This document shows positions 8,614-16,565 of a DNA stretch of 32,000 bases, piece after piece. A program made the position numbers and the translations under genes. Origin of the DNA: an archaeon (GTDB lineage Archaea; Iainarchaeota; Iainarchaeia; Iainarchaeales; 1-14-0-10-31-34); contig JAJRVL010000004.1 of NCBI GenBank assembly GCA_024277355.1, positions 360,001 to 392,000 on the forward strand, given 5' to 3'. Each line of letters opens with the position of its first letter. Position 1 is the stretch's first letter. A model generated the notes under the pieces. That model made no database searches. It was not told the origin of the DNA and saw only the letters and a program-made list of their open reading frames with translations.

Positions 8614-9418
8614 CAAAGAAATATCAATTAAAATAGTCCTTAACAAAAAACACGATTCAATTGAAACAGTCTTTGAACTATTTGAAATTTTAGAAGACCT
8701 TAAGATATTCAGGTTATTTCCCATAGAAAAATATAAAACAGCAAAAAATATTCCTCAGAAAATAAAAAAAGAAAAACTAATTAAAGTTGATGAAGGCTGG
8801 CTTAATGAAACAAAAATTTCTGTAAATAATATTTCAATACATTTTGGTTTATGGACAAAAGAGTTTAATAGACAAAATGCAGAAGAAATCTATGAAAAAA
8901 TAAAAAAAGACAAAATACTACAACAGTTTAGCATTCAAATTAATTCCCCTTCAACAGTAATCACAATTAGCAACAATGCAACAAAAATAAACAACAAAGT
9001 CAGTATTGAAAACATAAAATGCATTCTTTCAAAATACACGCCAAACCAAGAAGGATGCGCAATAAAAATTTTAACAGACCAACAGTTATCAATAAACTAC
9101 TTTAAAGCAAAAAATAACATAATAAGTTTGAGATTTTATGAATTCTGCTCTTTTGATAAAAAAGAACGTAAATACAATAAATTAATAAAAAAACTTGTTG
9201 AATTTTCAAATAAAGTTAATCCAATAATAATATATGGAGGAATGTCTCCGCTGGTTACTGAATCTTCTTTAGAATACTACAGGGAAATCTATTACTTTTG
9301 TTTAGAACCGAAAACCCCTCAAAAAATGGGAATTCACACAGTAATAAAAAGTTTTGAGTATTTAACACAAAAAAACGAAAAAATAGAAGAAATAAAAAAA
9401 ATATTAAAAAAAGAATAA
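8606..9418 (+). CDS. Uncharacterised protein; candidate partner or immunity protein of the upstream C-terminal domain
   Basis: MDDKEISIKIVLNKKHDSIETVFELFEILEDLK...; ATG 8606 overlaps the stop (8611-8613) of the 622-aa ORF. Track start is GTG 8597. Confidence 0.6.
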   Translation: MDDKEISIKIVLNKKHDSIETVFELFEILEDLKIFRLFPIEKYKTAKNIPQKIKKEKLIKVDEGWLNETKISVNNISIHFGLWTKEFNRQNAEEIYEKIKKDKILQQFSIQINSPSTVITISNNATKINNKVSIENIKCILSKYTPNQEGCAIKILTDQQLSINYFKAKNNIISLRFYEFCSFDKKERKYNKLIKKLVEFSNKVNPIIIYGGMSPLVTESSLEYYREIYYFCLEPKTPQKMGIHTVIKSFEYLTQKNEKIEEIKKILKKE

Positions 9419-9621
9419 CTTATTGAACTGATTAAAAAACACTCTGCCAAATTAATTGAAACAAAATATGGAATATTAGTAATAAAAAATAATTTGAATT
9501 CAACGGATTTAAAAAAAATCTATATGAATCCAAGATATTTTATTAACAAAGAATTACGAAAAAGAGGCATGCAAATAGAAGAAGGCAAAGCAGAAAAATA
9601 CGCAAAAAAGTTGGGATTAAA

Positions 9622-9747
9622 ATGAAAAAAGTATTCCTTCTTCTGATTTTAATTTTTTTAATCTATTCAGTTTCAGCTCAATCAAACTTTGAACCAGACT
9701 ACAAAAAAATTCCAATTGAAATAGTTCCTTATGGCGGAGGAGAATAA
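9622..9747 (+). CDS. 41-aa peptide with signal sequence, possibly a remnant
   Basis: MKKVFLLLILIFLIYSVSAQSNFEPDYKKIPIEIVPYGGGE; ATGA overlap with the preceding frame's stop and immediately followed by ATG 9748. Confidence 0.45.
   Translation: MKKVFLLLILIFLIYSVSAQSNFEPDYKKIPIEIVPYGGGE
9687..9708 (+). repeat. Copy 2 of 22-nt repeat ctttgaaccagactacaaaaaa
   Basis: Exact match to 6891-6912. Confidence 0.8.
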
Positions 9748-10365
9748 ATGAAAATTAAAGAAAAAGAATTAATTGAAAGATTAAAAGGATCACTACAACT
9801 AAACTTAGTTCATTATGGAACAGAAATAGAAGATATAGAATTGCATATTAAAGGAACTTTAGAAAATGGATACGATGTTTCATCTGCAATTGAAACAAGA
9901 ACACAAATAAGTATCTTGTTAAACTATCTAAAAGACAAACCAACAGACACAAAAACATTTAACATGAAAGAATACAAAGAATTATTGAAATTCTTAGATA
10001 AAAAATTTGAAAAAATTAAACAAAGAAAAGATTTTCATGAAAAAGCACTGAAAGACTTAAAAAGTTTAGTAAACACTTGGGAACATCATGTGCAATGGCC
10101 TGCGATAGAATCTAATTCATTTGATAACGATTTAGAATTCCGAGACGACTGCGAAGCACTATTAAGAGAATTACAAGAAAAAAAAGAGATAACTGAATTA
10201 AAAAAAAGAATTAAAAACGCAGATGTAACTTTTCAAGGACATTCTTTAGAATTACTCAAAAGATTTCAAGGAGTCTATGAACATGGCGAATGGAATTATT
10301 ACCCTAAAAGTTATTGGTGGAGACACCTAAAAGAATTTGTGGAAAAACAAGAGGAAAAAAAATGA
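9748..10365 (+). CDS. Uncharacterised 205-aa soluble charged protein
   Basis: MKIKEKELIERLKGSLQLNLVHYGTEIEDIELHIKG...; no recognised family; ATGA overlap with downstream gene. Confidence 0.6.
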   Translation: MKIKEKELIERLKGSLQLNLVHYGTEIEDIELHIKGTLENGYDVSSAIETRTQISILLNYLKDKPTDTKTFNMKEYKELLKFLDKKFEKIKQRKDFHEKALKDLKSLVNTWEHHVQWPAIESNSFDNDLEFRDDCEALLRELQEKKEITELKKRIKNADVTFQGHSLELLKRFQGVYEHGEWNYYPKSYWWRHLKEFVEKQEEKK

Positions 10366-11849
10366 CTCAAAAAGTTTTCTGGAAAAGCGCATTAAAAGCC
10401 AGTGCTTTAATGTATTTTATTATTGGAATACTTTCAACAGTTATTTTAATTCTGTTTTTCAGTGACAAACTAGACCAAATAATGAGCATTGCAATGACTG
10501 ACAAAGAATGGCTTGAAGCAACAGCATTTCCAATGACAATAATGTATGTATTCTTGATTTTTGCATGGATTCCGTTTGGCTTTTTATACAAAAAAATCCC
10601 TTTCAAGAAAACAATTGTAAAAGTATTTTTGTTTAACTTAATTCTTGTAGGAATTGAATTATTGATTACAGCTGTATTTGAAATAAAAAATACAGATGTT
10701 CTTAATGAAATATTTTTTGGTTCAGATAACTGCTGTTATTCGTTTATTCCCTTGTTTCTTTTAACAACAATAATGTTTGCATATTTGTTTGATTTCTTTA
10801 AGAAAAGAGAAGAAAAAGAGATTTCAGGAAAAACAAAAAACAAGCTTGCTTCAATTCCAAGAAGATTGCTGGCTTATATAATTGACTTAATAATTCTGTC
10901 AATTATCTTTGGAATAATTTCATTTATTATATCCTCAGTAGCAAACATTATGGTATTTAATTCAAACATTGAACTAAGTTCTGTTGCAGTAATAACTTTA
11001 ATGTCATTTTGTTTTGTTGTTGCCCAAACAATTTACTGGACAGTAGTAGAAGGAAAATTTGGTGCAAGCATTGGGAAAAAAATATTGAAAATAAAAGTAA
11101 TAAAAGAAAATGGAAAAGAAATAAGCTACATTGATGCATTCTTTAGAAACATAACAAAATTTGCCGATAATCTTTTGCCTTTCTTACTAATAGATGCATT
11201 AACAATTTTTACAACAAAAAACAAGCAAAGATTTTTTGATAAAGTTGCAGGAACAATTGTAGTTAGAACTGATTTAAAAAAAGAAAAATTAATGTTAGAT
11301 TCACCTAAAGCAGGTTTTATTCAAAGATTTAGTGCAAGAATTATTGATGGACTAATATTATTGGCATTACTATGTATTTCAGTATTTGTTTCAGCAATAA
11401 TTATTATGGCAGCAGGAAACGATCCAACATTAATTTTTTTGCCTGCTCTTTTTCTTTATTTAATTCACTTGTTTATTTTTGAACCAGTATATTGGATTTA
11501 TTTCACTGCAACAAAAGGCCAGACAATCGGAAAACAATTAAGAAAAATAAAAATTTATACAATAGAAGGAAACACTCCTGTTGGCTGGAAAAAATCAATA
11601 CTAAGGTATTTTGCTTACTGGATTTCCCTTTATTCTTTTTTGCTGGGCCTTTTATGGATTATTTTTGACAAAAACAAACAAAGCTGGCATGACAAATTTG
11701 CAGATACTTTTACAGTAAGAGAAGAGAAAAAGGCTTTTGAAATAAAAAAATACACAATTTATTTGATTGCTATTTCAATAACATTAGGCGTGTTTTTTGG
11801 AGTTCTGTTCAGTTTAATTGGCATTGCAATGCAAGGAGGGATTGCATGA
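10362..11849 (+). CDS. Membrane protein with two RDD-family domains
   Basis: Two RDD-like units: 'PRRLLAYIIDLIIL...GASIGKKILKIKVI...FFDKVAGTIVV' and 'IQRFSARIIDGLILL...GQTIGKQLRKIKIYTIEGNTPVGWKKSILRYFAYW...WHDKFADTFTV'. ATG at 10362. Confidence 0.75.
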   Translation: MTQKVFWKSALKASALMYFIIGILSTVILILFFSDKLDQIMSIAMTDKEWLEATAFPMTIMYVFLIFAWIPFGFLYKKIPFKKTIVKVFLFNLILVGIELLITAVFEIKNTDVLNEIFFGSDNCCYSFIPLFLLTTIMFAYLFDFFKKREEKEISGKTKNKLASIPRRLLAYIIDLIILSIIFGIISFIISSVANIMVFNSNIELSSVAVITLMSFCFVVAQTIYWTVVEGKFGASIGKKILKIKVIKENGKEISYIDAFFRNITKFADNLLPFLLIDALTIFTTKNKQRFFDKVAGTIVVRTDLKKEKLMLDSPKAGFIQRFSARIIDGLILLALLCISVFVSAIIIMAAGNDPTLIFLPALFLYLIHLFIFEPVYWIYFTATKGQTIGKQLRKIKIYTIEGNTPVGWKKSILRYFAYWISLYSFLLGLLWIIFDKNKQSWHDKFADTFTVREEKKAFEIKKYTIYLIAISITLGVFFGVLFSLIGIAMQGGIA

Positions 11850-13152
11850 ATATATCTAAAAAGTTTTTAATTTATTTTTTCTTGATTTTGTTTTTAGTTC
11901 AGTTTAGTTATCCTTTAATTTTAACTAAATCTTTTGTTGTTTCTGAACCAATAACTGAAGTTTCACAAAAAATTTCTCCTGAATTAGTTTCTTTAACTGA
12001 AAGTTTTCCTTTAAAAACAACTAAAGTTTTAATTCAAGCAGAAAACGAAAATGCATTAAATGAAATTGCTTTATTAACAGAAAGTTTAGGCGGAACAAAA
12101 GCAGAAAATGTTTTAATTGAAATATTTTTTGACGGAATAAAAATTCATGATGAAAACATTAATGTTAATTCAAATGAAACAAAATCAATTATAGCAGAAA
12201 CAAACCAAAACACTGGAATTCATTTAATTGAAGTTAAAATAAATTCAAGTCAAACAGTTATTGAATCAGATTACACAAACAATAATTTAATTTATGAAGC
12301 ATATTTATGCAGTAAATCAAATATTTTAATTATAAATGACAATGACGCAGAAAATTATGCAACAGACAATCCTGAAAGCATTAATGCATTTGAAGAAGCA
12401 TTAAAAGCAAACCTTTATTGTTTTGAAGTATGGAATGAAAAAACACAAGGAGTTCCAACAATAGAATACTTAACTAAATTTAATTTATTGATTTGGAGTA
12501 TACTGGAAATTACTGGAACACAGTAATAAACGAAGAAGACATGAATTTACTGCAAGAATACACTAAAGGAATTATATTTGAAGGAACAGACATTGCTTTT
12601 GACCATGCAAATGAATTGTTTTTAGAAGAAAAACTTTATTCAAATTTAGATAAAGATTTAATAATTGACGGACAAGAACCATTAATTCTATCAAACCATG
12701 AATTATTAAATGGAATAACTCAGATTACAATTGATGGAAACATTTCTCCTTACCCTGATTCAGTTACTCCAGTTAATTCAATCAGCATTGCTGACTGGAA
12801 TAATGCTGAATCTGCAATAATTTTAGCTGACTCAAATAAAACAATTTATTTTGCTTTTTCAGTTAATTCAATTAATGAAATTAATTCAAGAAATAAATTA
12901 ATTGCAAATTCAATTGAATTCATTATTCAGTCAACTTCAACACAAGAATGCGGAAACCTTGACAACAAAGACTCAGTTGACATATCTGATTTAATTTATT
13001 TAATTAATTACCTGTTTAAAGGAGGCCCTGAACTTCAATGCATGCCAGTAACCTGTAATGCTTCAAATGACTTAACTCAAAACTGGACAATAGAAGATAT
13101 AAGCAATTACATTGAAAACGCACAGCAAACAAATATACAAATAAAGAATTAA
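11846..13152 (+). pseudogene. Frameshifted surface protein: signal peptide, CARDB-like domain, uncharacterised region, dockerin-like C-terminus
   Basis: Frame 2 ORF 11846-12526 ends '...KFNLLIWSILEITGTQ*'. Overlapping frame 1 ORF 12493-13152 continues with 'YTGNYWNTVINEEDMNLLQEYTKGIIFEGTDIAFDHANELF' and has dockerin-type 'CGNLDNKDSVDISDLIYLINYLFKGGPE'. Confidence 0.75.
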
Positions 13153-13204
13153 ACAACAACAATATATTTATATTATAATTCTCCCATTATAGGTTAATAG
13201 TGAT

Positions 13205-13840
13205 ATGATGAGTTTTAGTTTGCTTGTTAGAAAACTTTTGCTTGATAACAAAAGATATATTTCTAAAGAAACACTTAAAGAATACTGTAAAAAACTTGGA
13301 ATTTCTTATATTAATGCAATAAAATATTTAAGCAAATACAAATATATTAAAAGAATTGTCAGAGGTTTTTTTTATGTTCCGTGAATTGAAGAAAGAAAAC
13401 TTAAAACAGGCAGACCAAACCATTTAGAAGCCATTGCAGAAGCAATGAAATATAAGAACGTAAAAAAATGGTATGTTGGACTGGAAACAGCTATAAAATT
13501 AAATACAATAACACATGAATTTTTTACAGTAGATTATGTTGTTTCTGATAAAATATTCAGGGCAAAAGCATTTGAAATATTAGGAAGAAAAGTAAAATTT
13601 GTTAAACTAAATAAAAAATTGTTTGGTTTTGGAATAAAAAAAACTGGAAGAATACCTTTCTCTGATTTAGAAAAAACATTGCTGGATTTGATTCATTTAA
13701 AGGTTCATTCAGGTAAATCAGAAAACGCAATAAAAAACGAGTTAATTGAATGGATTAAAAAAGCAGACAAAAGTAAATTAAAGACATACAGCAAACACTA
13801 CAACAATAAAGTAAAAAAAATTATAGAGGAATTAATTTGA
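13205..13840 (+). pseudogene. AbiEi-like antitoxin with in-frame TGA stop at 13382-13384
   Basis: Same frame upstream of the TGA: 'MMSFSLLVRKLLLDNKRYISKETLKEYCKKLGISYINAIKYLSKYKYIKRIVRGFFYVP*', then 'IEERKLKTGRPNHLEAIAEAMKYKNVKKWYVGLETAIKLN...'; immediately precedes an AbiEii-like gene. Confidence 0.65.
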
Positions 13841-14763
13841 TTTCAAAAGGAATAATTGAATTGCTTTCACAAAAACTAGAAATAAAAAACAATTCATTAA
13901 TAGAAAAAGACCTTTATTTGCAGGGGTTGTTAATTGAATTATCAAAATCAGATTACTTTGCTGAAAATTTTGCTTTTAAAGGAGGAACTTGTTTAACTAA
14001 AGTATATTTTGGTCATTATAGATTTTCTGAAGATTTGGATTTTACTTGGATTAATCAAAAAATATTTGAAAACAAATCAGAAAAACAAATAAGAAAAATG
14101 CTTTCAAAAGAAATAAATAAAATAACAAAATTAATTGAAATTATTGCTGAAAAACTTGAACTTGAATTTAAGGGAATAAAATCAGACAAACATTTTGTTG
14201 AACTTGGAGGAAGCAATAAGTTTACTACATTGAAATTATGGTATAAGTCAACAACAGAAAACAGGAAAACTTTTATTAAAATCCAAATTAATTTTATAGA
14301 AAAACTATTTTATAAACTAAAAAAACAAGAAATAAAAGCTATTGCTGAAAAACACAAAAAAGAACTTGAATTTTTATATCCTAAACACGCTAAAATGGCA
14401 ACACAAAATACTAAATTAAAAGTCTATGACTTAAAGGAAATAGCCGCAGAAAAAGTCAGAGCATTGCTTACCAGAAGAGGATTTAAAGCAAGAGACATTA
14501 TTGACTTGTATTTTCTTTCAAAAAAAGGAATTACAATAAAATCAGTGAAAAAAATAGCCATAAAAAAAACAATGTTTATGTTAAAATACCTTAAATACTG
14601 GGAAAACCTAAAAAATAAAAAATTTGAAGAAGAATTCAAAGCAGGAGAAGAAAAACAACTTATAATAAAAGAAATATCAAAAGACTTCAGCAAATTTGCA
14701 GAAACAAACCTGAAAGAATTAAATAAACTTGCTGAAGAAATAAGAAAAAAACACAAAAAATAA
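13837..14763 (+). CDS. AbiEii/AbiGii-like nucleotidyltransferase toxin
   Basis: 'FAFKGGTCLTKVYFGHYRFSEDLDFTW' and 'KVRALLTRRGFKARDIIDLYFLSKKGI'; TTG start 13837 overlaps the antitoxin TGA. Confidence 0.85.
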   Translation: MISKGIIELLSQKLEIKNNSLIEKDLYLQGLLIELSKSDYFAENFAFKGGTCLTKVYFGHYRFSEDLDFTWINQKIFENKSEKQIRKMLSKEINKITKLIEIIAEKLELEFKGIKSDKHFVELGGSNKFTTLKLWYKSTTENRKTFIKIQINFIEKLFYKLKKQEIKAIAEKHKKELEFLYPKHAKMATQNTKLKVYDLKEIAAEKVRALLTRRGFKARDIIDLYFLSKKGITIKSVKKIAIKKTMFMLKYLKYWENLKNKKFEEEFKAGEEKQLIIKEISKDFSKFAETNLKELNKLAEEIRKKHKK

Positions 14764-14813
14764 TGCAGACTATATACAGAAATACTAAAAAAAATATTTT
14801 TTTAAAACAGAAT

Positions 14814-15647
14814 TCAGAAATAAGCTTCAAATTTTTCTTTTAATTGTTTTGCAATTTCTGGATTTTTTGTTACAGTTAAGGGAATTCCTACTTTTCTTTC
14901 AAAAACTTTAGTAAATAACCCCTCCACATCTAAATCTTCAATTTTTTTTATTTTTTTGAATTCTTTATTTACTTCATCTATAATGTTTTTTGGGTAAAAC
15001 ACCTGAAAAATATAATCTTCATAAACTATAACTTCAGGCATATTAAAATCAGTTATGTTTGTCTTAAAATTTTTTTGATTAAATTTTCTTAAAATTTGAC
15101 CACACCATTTATCTAAAGAAGTATCTCCTTTAATTAAGACATATAATAAAGTATTCTCTGCTAAAGTTTTCATTTTAGAATATCCTTCTTTAGAAAAAAA
15201 CAAAGGAATCCATGAATGAAACCAATAAAAATACAAGGGCTTTTTTTCTTCCGTAGATATTGCTTCTCTTGTACTTAATAAAAATCTGTCAACTGCTGCC
15301 AAATCTTCAAAATAAAAATTTGAAATATCTTTATTTATTACTTCTAATACTGTCAAATTATTATCTTCTTTTGAAAGAAGTTGTTCAGTGAATTTCTTTA
15401 ATGAGTTAATCCAGTTTAAATTTAATTCATATTCTTTTCCTTTTTTTTCTATTATTCCTTTTTCCATTAATTCATTTAATGTTTTATGCACTGCCTGATA
15501 AGAAATATTTAACGCATACTTTCGTTTAGTTCTTGCATGAATCTGCTTTGCACTTAACTTCTGTTCATAAGCAAGCAAAGAAATAATTACATCTTTAGAA
15601 GAAGCTTTTTCTCCATTCAAAACCGGCAAAACTAAATTCAAAGTCAT
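14814..15647 (-). CDS. Winged-HTH protein with uncharacterised C-terminal domain (paralog A)
   Basis: 'KLSAKQIHARTKRKYALNISYQAVHKTLNELMEKGIIEKKG...NWI' plus 'YEDYIFQVFYPKN...VGIPLTVTKNPEIAKQLKEKF', shared with the two adjacent genes. Confidence 0.7.
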   Translation of the reverse strand: MTLNLVLPVLNGEKASSKDVIISLLAYEQKLSAKQIHARTKRKYALNISYQAVHKTLNELMEKGIIEKKGKEYELNLNWINSLKKFTEQLLSKEDNNLTVLEVINKDISNFYFEDLAAVDRFLLSTREAISTEEKKPLYFYWFHSWIPLFFSKEGYSKMKTLAENTLLYVLIKGDTSLDKWCGQILRKFNQKNFKTNITDFNMPEVIVYEDYIFQVFYPKNIIDEVNKEFKKIKKIEDLDVEGLFTKVFERKVGIPLTVTKNPEIAKQLKEKFEAYF

Positions 15648-15735
15648 TTCTTCAACCCATATAACTCTTATAATTACTAAAAGTTAAATTTAAATTTCCT
15701 TTTTATACATAAGATACTGAGAAGAGTTGTTAAAC

Positions 15736-16563
15736 ATGAAGATTTCAAATACTTCTGAACAAATAATTGAAATTTTAAGTAATGAATGGCCTTTAACTAC
15801 AAAACAAATTCATCACAGACTAAAAAGAAGTTACGGAATAAATATCAGTTATCAAGCAGTTCATAAACATATAAAAGAAATGATAAAAGAAAAAATACTT
15901 TCAAAAAACGGCGCAGAATTATCTATAGCTTATTCTTGGATTAAAAATCTTTCAAATTACGCTAAAAAACTTGAATTATCACTTGAAAAAACAAACTCAA
16001 AAGATGGTTCAACAATGATTGTTTTTGATTCATTAGTTGATTGCGGAAAATTCTTAATAAATGAATTTATGGGGAATGAATCTGGCAAATATGGCAATCC
16101 AAAAAAAAAAGATTGTGTTTGTGTTTGGAATCATGCTTGGCCAATTATTGGCGCATCACAAGAAGAACACAAAAAAATGAAAAAAATGTTTAGTGGAACA
16201 GTTCACTGGAATATTTGTGCGCATAACACTTTTTTAGATAAAGTAACATCAAAATATGTTGCTAAACTAGGAAAAAAAGTTGCTTTAAACAAAAAATTTT
16301 CAATGAATACAGATACTTTTGTTGAAGGAGATTACATACTTCAAGCACACTTCCCAAAAGAACTTAAACAAGACATGAAAAAATTATACACCAAAGTTAA
16401 AAACGAAAAAGACTTTGACATGCAAAAAATGTTTGAATTTGGTTCAAAAAAATACGGAATAAAAATAGCAGTATTTAAAAACAAAGAATTAGCTGACTCT
16501 TTAAGAGAAGAAGCAAAAAAAATTTATGAAGAAAGCCAGAAAGAAAAAAATAAAAGGAAATAA
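15736..16563 (+). CDS. Winged-HTH protein with uncharacterised C-terminal domain (paralog B)
   Basis: 'ILSNEWPLTTKQIHHRLKRSYGINISYQAVHKHIKEMIKEKIL' plus 'EGDYILQAHFPKELKQDM...YGIKIAVFKNKELADSLREEAKKIY'. Confidence 0.7.
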   Translation: MKISNTSEQIIEILSNEWPLTTKQIHHRLKRSYGINISYQAVHKHIKEMIKEKILSKNGAELSIAYSWIKNLSNYAKKLELSLEKTNSKDGSTMIVFDSLVDCGKFLINEFMGNESGKYGNPKKKDCVCVWNHAWPIIGASQEEHKKMKKMFSGTVHWNICAHNTFLDKVTSKYVAKLGKKVALNKKFSMNTDTFVEGDYILQAHFPKELKQDMKKLYTKVKNEKDFDMQKMFEFGSKKYGIKIAVFKNKELADSLREEAKKIYEESQKEKNKRK

Positions 16564-16565
16564 AA

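Noticed and set aside
10367-11139. ORFs 10367..10606 (-) and 10957..11139 (-)
   Set aside because: Shadow frames of the double-RDD gene.
13382-13384. TGA recoding (Trp/Gly/Sec) considered for the antitoxin
   Set aside because: TGA is used as an ordinary stop at the ends of other genes here (8611-8613, 10363-10365), and no SECIS-like structure was recognised near the codon.
14424-14756. Minus-strand ORF 14424..14756
   Set aside because: Antisense to the AbiEii-like toxin's conserved C-terminal region.
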